Of a DNA stretch of 64,000 nucleotides, positions 26,773 to 36,210 are shown piece after piece; the first letter of the stretch is position 1; each line of letters starts with the position of its first letter. The position numbers and the translations under genes were made by a program. This DNA comes from Ramazzottius varieornatus (lineage: Eukaryota > Animalia > Tardigrada). The DNA is taken from assembly GCA_001949185.1 (NCBI GenBank), contig BDGG01000001.1, positions 2,869,324 to 2,933,323 on the forward strand, read 5' to 3'. The notes beneath the pieces were generated by a model. The model was not told the origin of the DNA. It was given only the letters and a program-made list of their open reading frames with translations, and made no database searches.

Positions 26773-27559
26773 TTTTAGAAGTGCAAACGTGTTATCGTAA
26801 TAATAACGAAGCAGAGAAATGGCATACCGGAGGTGTAGGAATGCTGTTACTTTATGTGGTTCCAGCTTTCAAGAGCAAAGCGTAGTAATGTCTGAAGGAG
26901 ATCATTACGTTCGTGCTGACACGATTCAGCCTTTTGTTGAGCATTTCACCTTCTAAATTTGCCTGACAAGTACTGAGGTACCTTATTTGGAGGAGACAAG
27001 CGATATTCGTTACATCGCCACATGGGGTTGACTACCTCAATCACGCGTCGCGGCGCGATAGATAATCACTCTCTTGGGGACAAAGTTACGTGGTAGCTAC
27101 TGTCGTTACCGTGGCCCTAGGCATGACCGAAGGTCCCAACCAACTTGTACGGTTCTCCGAAACATATTTTCGATTTCGATGTTCGCAATGTCGTGACAAA
27201 CACTCTCCCAGATTCCCAGAAACCGTTTGACTCATGGAAAATGGAGAGTTTCTGCCTTCTGTGAAGTGGTTTTGTTGAAGCTTAAATCTTCAGACAGGGC
27301 TTACTGTCACCTCACAATCTCCATTCTTTTTCTAAGGGAGAACCGACTGTGGATAGGCTCAAGCTACTTTTGACTACCTTCTCTAGTCTGTAATACTGCA
27401 GTGGCACTGAATGTCGTCCATGTCAACCTAAATCTATCAACGTTTACTGTTCTGCCCAAACTTATCAAAGTCGAAGCACTGTTTGTAAAACATGCTTTAC
27501 AGATAGGAACTTCTGTAGATAGAATCGGTACCTATTGGTACATGAAGCAGAAAAACTGT

Positions 27560-29064
27560 TTAACCGATGAAAGCAAAAGGACTGATAAAAGTGTGAGCAA
27601 TACCATTGGCAAAAGTCGGTACAATGCTAAAAAGACCCCCAGCTCCGAACATGTTGCCCATTCCAAGAGCACCCATCATTCCCATTGGGTTCATCATACC
27701 GATACCACTTCCTAGAACAGGTACTGCCGCTTGTTGCACAGGTGCAGACTGAGGCTTGGCTCCCCATCCCGATCGAGCTTGAGGAACGGCTGGTGGAGGA
27801 GTCGTTGTTGGCTTGGCTCCCCAACCGGATTGCTGGCTGCTCGACATGGTCGTTTGTCGGTAGGTGGTGGCCTCCGACTGGCTGGAAGACTGAGACTGGG
27901 CTTGCTGTTGTTGTTGTTGCTGCTGTTGTTGCTGTTGTGCTTCTTGCTGCTGCTGCTTTTGCTGAGAGACTTGTTGGGTCTGCTGAGAGGAAGACGAGGA
28001 GGAGGAGGAGGTCTGTTGTTGGACGGTGCTGGAGATGGGGATGTTGGCGACGACAGGGATCTCCACATCGGTGGTCTCGATCTCGACGGCACTTCCGACT
28101 TCGCTTTCAGGGCGGACGGGGATGACGTTGAGGGTGGCAGCAGCAGCGACGGTCTTCTTGGGTCGACGAGCGCGGAACTTCTTGTTGGGTCGAGCGTTGA
28201 CGGGAATCAGGTTGATGTTGGACAGGTACTGGTTGGAGCTGGTGGAGACGACGGCGCTGGAAGGTGCGGACTGGATGACGACGGGAACGGCCGAGCTGAT
28301 GGCAGTGGCGTGGTTCTTGCAGCAGTCAGTCGGGACCACTCTCATGGCCGAACAGCAGTCGTGAAATGGGACGACGGTGGCGGAAGGACGGCTGGCGATG
28401 TAGACGGGCGAGGCCTGGACTTGTTGGGGCATGGCGACGTAGGTGGTGATGACTTCGGTGGATGGGCGGAAGTTGGCCGAGCATTCGACATCGTGGAACC
28501 ACTTGCAGGTCTGGGCTTGGTCGTCGAAGATGGTATAGTTTGGGCACAAAAACTGCAAAAGGAAAAGTGAATGGATCGGGGCTGGAAAGGAGTGAAATGA
28601 AATGTTTGGAAATTGTTCAGAATCTTGGGCGTGGCTAGGTGGGAAATTCCTTACCGAGCCAGCGATCTCGCCTTTGATGGAACACTTGTGGAAAGCTTGG
28701 CAGCCGGTCTCGGGATCCGCAAAGTAGGAGTCGACAGGAAGAACTTTGGGTGTCTTGCAGGAGAAGCTGGTCACGGGAACTTCACTCAGGATGGGAAAGT
28801 CCCTGAAAGTGCAAGAAATAGCTGATGGGTGTGAGGTCTTTTTGCGCAAACCAACGATCAGTTTAGGTAAAAAATGCAAAGACAGGAAGTTCGACAAGGT
28901 ACTTACACTCCCGGCCTGGCGTGGAGTTGGGCTGCTTCCGCTTGGTCAGCTTCCAGAGGAACCAGGCTGATACTTCGGTAGTCCCTCCTTAGCGTCATGC
29001 TGGATGGAACGTCGACCGCTGCGAGGAACCCGACACAAGATAGTAGAACAGCCGTGGACAGCAT
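27560..29064 (-). CDS. Secreted single-CBM14 protein (CPAP1-like) with V/S/T/Q-rich and Met/Gly-rich C-terminal tail
   Basis: ATG 29064, MLSTAVLLSCVGFLAA signal-like start. Splicing yields PGVDFPILSEVPVTSFSC...YFADPETGCQAFHKC...FLCPNYTIFDDQAQTCKWFHDVEC, the typical CPAP1-type CBM14 context. Stop at 27560. Confidence 0.85.
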
Positions 29065-29211
29065 GATGGATCTTCGAAGGAAAACCTAACCGTAAAGATA
29101 TCGGACTTCTTGGGCAAAATTGAAAGTATGGAGCTGGAGAGATTTCACTACGTACAAGCTTGAAAATCTTCGCTGGAGATGCTATGAAATTCTAACTCGA
29201 AACGTATGAGC

Positions 29212-29218
29212 TTATATA
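29212..29218 (-). promoter_or_regulatory. Putative TATA box of the CPAP1-like gene
   Basis: TATATAA on the minus strand ~150 nt upstream of ATG 29064. Confidence 0.4.
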
Positions 29219-30215
29219 TGGTTTGGTTTGGCCCAGGGGATTCTGAAACTTATTGCTTTTCGGATGACAATAGCGCACGGTCTTGTCTATATTTGCGAAA
29301 CAATGAGCGCAGGAAAGCGAAAGTTTTTGCCTCAGAATAGGGAAAGTCTTGGGGAAAACTGCTTGAATAGAAACAACTCAATACCGCGCAGAGGTTGACA
29401 TTCACCTGCAATTGTTACAAGCTAGTTGTATTTTCTGGGTAGCGAGGTCGCCGTCTTTTCTTAACAGTTCTATTATTTCGACCTGCAGGTCAATTATGCC
29501 TTTCCACGCTGCACAAAACCTGAGGAGTTTTTGTCTTGTTGAATGGTGAAAGTCGGCGCCAAAAGAGACTAATGTGCATCACTTTCCTAAGTTTCCTTTG
29601 TTGTGGACATCAGTTCAGATCAAGCGTTCCTGTGTTTGATTCCCCGGTTTGATCGTTTCCGCCTAATGTTTGAATCCGGGAGAAAACCGAAACTGAATTT
29701 AATAACTTGAATGCAGAGCGATGGATGATTACAATGAATTTCCATAAAGTTCAGTATCACAGCGTTCAGTCAAAATCTACAGCAAACAAACCGCATTCCT
29801 ACTAGTGCAAAATTTTGATTAGCAGGTGTCTCGACAAGACTACAGGGCCTGCGAGTGACTCGCTAACCAATAAACTAGCCAGAAATTCGCATCAGTGCAT
29901 GGGGATGCATTTTGTACGCTGTACTGTATAACTAGGCGATACTTATGCAGCGACTGCGATATATCCAGGTTTCCTTCTCCGGATCTCTGCACTGGACTTT
30001 CTTGTTTCTTTCATAACTTGTTGAATTCACTGTTAGGCAATTTCTCTCCATGTCAAAATCTGTGGCGCAGCAATCTCGGAGATAGTTGATCCCAGCTACG
30101 ACGAAGCCGAATTATCCTGTTATATTGTAAACTACTACTTTGTATTGCAGATCATTCTTACCATTGCCGTATGGGAACGGGTAAGCCGGCGGACATTTCA
30201 CCCGTTGCCCGCTTT

Positions 30216-31744
30216 TCAACGCTTCAGGAACACACTCATCACATTACGAAAGACTCTGGGTTTCAATGGCATAATCCTCTGTCGTATCGTGTCAGCATGC
30301 CGTAGTTGCTCCTCATCCCTCATCGAAGAATACCATCTCGGGACCGTAGAAAGTTTCCAATCCACGACGGTCCAGTTGCTGTACCCTAGACTGAAGCTCT
30401 TCGGTGTCGACGGGAAGTTCTTGACGGTCGCGTCTTCCAGAGAAGGCTTCGGCGCACCTTCTGGGATCACGCCTGGCTCCTTGTCCGGTGCGTTGACACG
30501 CAGGTTTCTATATTCTTCATGTCGCAGCGCTTTGCACTGACGAAGACGACAGGTGGATTCTTGTTTGAGCATTCCTCCAGTTCCCCACATTTCATGGTAT
30601 TCGAGTCGTTGGGTTCTCGAAGGGGATTCGTTTAGAGTATTAAGGGAAACTTGTAGGTACCGGAAAGGGGCTAGTCGTACAGTATGTCAGCGCCTCCTAC
30701 AGGATAAACGCTGTGACTCACTGGTAAACACTTTTTTGAGCTTTTGTCCAGTATTTAGGCTCTTGATCGAAGCCGATCTATTTAAATGTATGTTTGAATT
30801 TGTTTAGTGATTTTAGAATGGAACATGCCTGTTTGGGAATTTGGAGACATCCAAGTGTCGAAGATCGTGGTGATGTTTTCCGGTGGCCCATAGGTATCGC
30901 TTTAAGTTTCAACCAACGATCTATCCCATTCGCTACCTTCTTCTTTCACATACTCTATGTACTTCCAGCTGTTTTCAGATGTTGCCACGCTTTGGCGAAG
31001 TAAGGAACTGGCTAACATCCATCATAATGATCCACTCGGTGAGGTTGCGAACGCATGTAGCAGTCGATCATGGCGTTATACTTATTCCAAGCTGTGTCGC
31101 TAGGGTCGCCGTCTGGACCTCGTTGCTCCTTTGGAATAAACTTCGCGGGAACATAATCGATCAGATTGGTAATTTTTTGTCCTTGTGGAACATCGGGAAG
31201 TAAACTACCAACAAAAAGGCAGTGAACTGGGAGCTTGGCGAATAAACTCGTTTTTTCCAAGTGGCGCTCGCTTCCAGCCAGTAGCACCGCAGAAGTGCGC
31301 CACTTGGGTCTTGTCGAGATCGTTTGGTGAACGCCCAATCATACACCGAAGTTCGCAAACAAATCAGTCAGGTAGAATCATCGTACCTGCCAAGTCCATG
31401 CTGCGATAGTCATATAAAGCAAAATGATTTACACCTTGCAGACGGTGATGCTCGATCCACTCGGCCAAGTACGGCGCCTCGTTAAAGACCATCGCGCAAA
31501 CACAGACGTCCCACCGTCGAACCTGGGGTTTAGATCGGACCGGAAGTCGCTCGTCCAGGAGCCGAGTGGTGTACCAGTCGATATGCGGCGTGACGGAACC
31601 CGAATCCGGGTAATCACCACTATCAGGTACAGAGGTATACACAGGTATACTGGCCGAATACGAAAGCAGTAATTTGAAAAAGCAAACGGTGCAGCGTACG
31701 CGCAATACCCGCACCGGTGCTGCCCCGGAAGTCCAGCTTATCAT
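30216..31744 (-). pseudogene. Degenerate glycosyltransferase, family 92 (DUF23)/GT2-like
   Basis: VCVCAMVFNEAPYLAEWIEHHRLQGVNHFALYD is the GT92-type N-terminal motif. AMIDCYMR is followed by a frameshift near 31050 into RNLTEWIIMMDVSQFL (DxDE motif eroded), then an in-frame TGA at 30975-30977. Confidence 0.65.
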
Positions 31745-31833
31745 CTTCTTCCTTCTACTCGAATCAAATCAAACTCAATTACGAATAACGGAATTTGAGA
31801 TCGAGAAAAGGAAAGTGTTTGTTATTTGTGATC

Positions 31834-31839
31834 TTTATT
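31834..31839 (-). promoter_or_regulatory. Putative AATAAA polyadenylation signal of the DUF2807 gene
   Basis: tttatt on + ~175 nt downstream of stop 32012. Confidence 0.4.
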
Positions 31840-32011
31840 GCTAACTTTCGATGAGCTTGTAGACATGGACATTTAGCCGGTTTGTGTAAAAAATACTGCT
31901 TCCGGTAAGCGTTGTGATGCGAGATTTAATACAGTAAGCGTTCATACGTGACGTGAAGAACAACACGTGTGGATGTGATTTTCTACCAGATGAGTTCGGT
32001 AGGTGGAAAGA

Positions 32012-32837
32012 CTAGATTGTTCCGGAGGGGAAGACACCTCCGGAGCCGTTAATCTGCTGGCTGACTCTCGGTTGACCGCCGAAACGCACGTCTCCGGATC
32101 CATCGATGTTAACGGTTAATGAGGTGGACGTGTAAACTTCGACATCTCCCGAACCTTGGATGTTGACGTTGGTTTGTTGTGTGCGCAGGTCTCTTCCGTT
32201 GAAGTTGCCCGAGCCGCTAATGTTGATGTTGGCGTTCCTGGCGGTCCCGTTCGTGAAGAAATTCCCCGAGCCACTTATCACGATGTTAAGACCGCTGGCT
32301 TCCATTGGGACCTGCACATCTCCGGATCCACTGATGAGGATCTGGAGATCGCCTGCTTTCAAGAAGGGAGAGAGGCTAATGGGTCCCGAGCCTTGGTTCT
32401 CCAGGTTCGACAAGGCTTTGGCGCTAGCGTAGACATTGATGGGGCCGTTGAAGAATGGGATGGGCTGATTGTACAGAAGGTTTGAAAAACGAACCTGAAA
32501 TAAAAACGAACCCCAAGCAATTTTCAGGGAAATTCCAAGTGATTTGAAATAAAGATAAAAATCCGGAGTTCTGCTCTGGAATGACGATTCTGATTCGTAC
32601 CTGTAGGACCAGTGGGAACCATGGCTCGACCACCGTTTCCACGTATTTGATGATGGTCGGATCAGCTTCGACGCGAACGGCTTCGGTAGTTCCCATTGTG
32701 ATTATAACATTGAAGGGTCCTTTATTTGAGATACTGCGGAACATGGTGACTGGACGGTCTTCTGTTACTCTTTGGCCTCTGCAAGGGGATGCCGAGAACG
32801 CCATCAATATCGCGGACAGAAATAAGGATGTCGCCAT
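32012..32837 (-). CDS. Secreted DUF2807 / head GIN-domain beta-helix protein (bacterial-type), 2 exons, 239 aa
   Basis: Exon 1 32837-32601, intron 32600-32495 (GT..AG, phase 0), exon 2 32494-32012, open reading frame. Signal peptide followed by RVTEDRPVTMFRSISNKGPFNVII...VRVEADPTIIKYVETVV and repeated I-[SQDN]-G-S-G-[DN]-[VF] units ending GQPRVSQQINGSGGV. Confidence 0.85.
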
Positions 32838-33509
32838 GTCGTTCGCAACGTAGGCAGAGGTTTGTAATAATTGTTAACAACGATCAGCTGCAATATTTCG
32901 CATAACTGATGGCTGTATTTTACGGCTTTCAGTGGTGAAAGTCGTCTGGAGGGTTATGCAAGAGGCTGGAAATTCACCTGTACATGGTGGAGACAAGCTT
33001 TGGAACAGTCAGCTGGTGAGACAGACTGATGACCGGAGGCTTCCCTGCCGACCAAAATACATACGGCTTACTGTGGTGGAACCACAAGTGGAACGATTTC
33101 CTTGATCTGTACTTACCGGGTAAGTGTACCGAAGCGTGGTGGCTGCATAAAGCTCTGCCAAAATAGTCTAGCACACGGAAATATCTTCATAGTTGTTGGT
33201 TGTTTACATCGAAATTTTTACACGTCAGCTGAATGAGTCACAACAAAAAACACCGATAGCACCGAATTTAATGAGACGTAAAACGTGAAAGTAGAGGCAG
33301 CAGGAATAAGGCATACAACGTCTGCGAACAATAAAAACCCGTTTGACAGATGGACGATGGTCAGCTGCCGGTCTACACTGCTATAAGATGCCAAAATGAA
33401 AGCAGCCGCTGCAATCATGTTGTCATGTCATGTCGTACTACAGGCGTGTTAGCTGGCATGACAGTACTGAATTTACTGTACGTCCCGCTTCGCCTTTGCG
33501 CATGGCTTC

Positions 33510-33764
33510 CTATCTGCCAACAGCGAGCAAAGATAAGAGTATACTCCCGAATCCAGAGGCTCCGGATTTTAGCAAGTAAGCAGGGACGTCTCTGATGAGA
33601 CTCTGGTTAGCTGGGCTCAGGGTTCCTACTGAAGTCAAGGGTGCGCCAGTGGCAGTGGGTGCGTTGTTTGCAATGGCATCACCCGCTTCTCCCTCAGTAC
33701 TACTCATCTGAATCCATAAGACGACCAACACACAAAAAACCGACAACGATGTCCAGAAAGACAT
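33510..33764 (-). CDS. Small putative secreted orphan protein (84 aa)
   Basis: MSFWTSLSVFCVLVVLWIQMSSTEG signal-like N-terminus, A/T/P-rich middle, hydrophobic C-terminus SGASGFGSILLSLLAVGR. No recognised domain. Confidence 0.45.
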   Translation of the reverse strand: MSFWTSLSVFCVLVVLWIQMSSTEGEAGDAIANNAPTATGAPLTSVGTLSPANQSLIRDVPAYLLKSGASGFGSILLSLLAVGR

Positions 33765-34059
33765 GGTAACAGGGGATATTGCGGAAAATTGATTCAAGTG
33801 TGGCTGTGTATTATAATTGTGTTCAGAATGGATAATCATGCGGAATGTACTTTGGGTCGAGTCTACTATCTGTTTTAGAAGACCCTAATTCGAGAGCATC
33901 CGCAGCCCGAATCGGCTTGTCATCAAAATTAATTTCGGAAACGCCAGCAACTAAGTTGCCTTTGTTTATATGCCAGTGATGAAAGTTTACCGACTCGCTT
34001 ATTGCTGTATGTGCGAGGACCCAGCCGTGATTCTCCGGCAGGAGCTACAATGAAGAAAT

Positions 34060-34174
34060 TACTGCCCTGCCGGCGATAACATTTTGATTGGCATTTGTGG
34101 ACACATTACTGCAGTCGCGGTAAGCTTGTTCGGGTGCACTAAACCAATCAAATGTTATCACCGGTAGGGCAGTA
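34060..34174. repeat. ~31-bp inverted repeat / hairpin (mini-MITE or hairpin RNA)
   Basis: tactgccctgccggcgataacattttgattgg (34060-34091) pairs with ccaatcaaatgttatcaccggtagggcagta (34144-34174). TA at both outer ends. Confidence 0.8.
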
Positions 34175-34741
34175 CTTGTTTCCATAACCAGTGCAGCGGT
34201 GTTCTAGAGTTTGTTCTACCGTGGTGGCGGTAACGACGACTGCGCATTCTACGAATCTAGGACAAGGATACGTCACTTCTTTGTCTTTCAAGTGTGGAAA
34301 GAATATGAAGAAGCGGTTACGGATGAGAAAGCTCAGGCCTGGTTGACAAAAGAAGCAACAGGTTTGAAGTTCCGAAGTTACCGTGTTTGATACGATGTTC
34401 CCCGAAAACAATCACTTGAAGAACCAGATTCATGAATGATCAAAGTTATTAGTGGCCCATCCAGCTTTGCTGTGCCGATTGGAAAGGTGAATATTTGAAG
34501 TGCTTCTTTGTCGTGAATAAGGCGACCAAGATTCGCAAGCTTGAGCTACCCTTCTATACCACCTGTCGTGACGGTACACTGCGGTCTCAAATACATAAAT
34601 GACAAAACGAAATGCCTGATTTTTCTTTTGCTTTCCCCATCGAGGTTGCTTTCCCTCTCGTTAGTAGTTGCTGCTTGCTATACGAGGCCGTTTCGCATTG
34701 TCAGTTACCGATTTAACCAACCGACATCTCTTCCTGAAGAA

Positions 34742-35081
34742 ATGAAATTCGATGGTGCATCATTTATTTGTCTTGTTATGTTTTCATTATGGCTTTTGGT
34801 GACGTACTCGCATTCGGCTTCCCCTCCTAAAAAGCATCCCGAGAGTGCCTACAGCAAAAGTAAGACCTCAGTGAAGTTAGTTGGTGCACACTACTTTGTA
34901 TGTGCTGATACTGTTTGTAGGTATCCGCAGGATGAGAAGTGGTCTGGCACCAACTTGCAGCATGCGTGCCTGTGGTCCCGGCGACAAGAACGCCTGCGCG
35001 TCGCCTTGTAAGTGCTCGAACCAAAACGAAGCCCGAAGACGAGGAAGGTGCTATGCCAGCATAGGCAGCGGATCGGAATAG
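34742..35081 (+). CDS. Secreted six-cysteine knottin-like prepropeptide (92 aa, 2 exons)
   Basis: Exon 1 34742-34859, intron 34860-34920 (gtaag...ttgtag), exon 2 34921-35081. Signal peptide, propeptide ending RRMR, mature SGLAPTCSMRACGPGDKNACASPCKCSNQNEARRRGRCYASIGSGSE. Confidence 0.75.
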
Positions 35082-36210
35082 GGTACCTTATCATTCTGAC
35101 TCAATTTTGCCTTGAATTTTGTAAAGTTCCTTGTTCCGATTTTCACTGTTAATCGGCTGGATTTCGTGGGAAATCCTATTATTATTATGATTGGAGAGCG
35201 GAGCCTTCGCAGCCACTCACCACGGGACAGTCGTCGGACCGCCTCCGAGTAAGAAGGCTGTTTCTTGCGGCACTATATAAACACTTCGCTTGAATAGCTT
35301 CCCTTACTTCATTCCCTATTCGCGTTGTTTCCGTTGCTGTGTTGTTCGAGTTTCCCACCCACCCACACCTCTGGCTGAGATGTTTTTATTGTATACTCGA
35401 CCTGCCGTCGAGGAGGTTTGCAAACATACGCGTACACACGCACATCTACTGCTGTTGTTACCAGCTTTATTTGGTAGTTTACTGCCACTGGTTCGCTATA
35501 AACCTATGCTTCTCGAGTACTTTCTCCTTCGGTCTTCGGCTCGCAGCGCCTCTAGGGTAGTACCAGAAATAATGGATGTAGATTCCACAGTTTGCTTTTT
35601 AATCATCTTTCCACTTGTGTGCTGATTTTGCCTTGTGCGTGGAAAATGTCTCGTCAAAATTCGAGATCGGTGTGACGTTTGTTTGTCAGAACTGCGCACT
35701 GAAATGCCGGACATACCAAATTGTGAGTCATGTAAGGCCGAGTTACAGCCGAACGGAGAAGCAGCTCTGGCGACCTCAGCGTACCGTGCAGGGTCCTTCC
35801 TTGAAAGAGCGTCGCAAGGTTAATTGTTGGTGCGTTGTATTGTGGCTGGTGGAGTAGGCTGATAAAGAGATTGGTCAGATTACTTAAAGCCAGTGGCTCG
35901 CTGCTGCTGGCTTGCTTGAGAAAAATGAGATTTAAGAAACTTGATCAGTAGCGTGGTACAGGTCATTTTGTTGACAGATCGTAAACCCGGGCTTTTGAGC
36001 GACTACAGGTACGCGTCAAACTCGGACAGCGCTTCGTGCCGCCGCCGTTTAACTGATACTGTGGGCACCGGAAGTTCTCTGGGACTCGAAGCCGCTGTTT
36101 CCAAAAGATTTTCCCGCTGTCGTGGTCGTCTATTTTGACTTTCAGCACTTTCAGAATGAACGACTGATTCTTCAATAACTGGCTTTTTCAATTCTGATTG
36201 AGCTCTGGAT

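Noticed and set aside
27685-28570. Plus-strand Gly/Asp/Leu-rich ORFs (up to 279 aa)
   Set aside because: Antisense to the well-supported CPAP1-like gene, a codon-bias shadow.
32012-32837. Bacterial contamination as the explanation for the DUF2807 gene
   Set aside because: The ORF needs removal of a canonical GT-AG intron to be intact and is not in an operon. The neighbours are intron-containing animal genes.
35635-36191. Possible zinc-finger or hAT dimerisation remnants (CDVC..CESC; SEFDAYL)
   Set aside because: Too short, with no supporting downstream motifs or TIRs.
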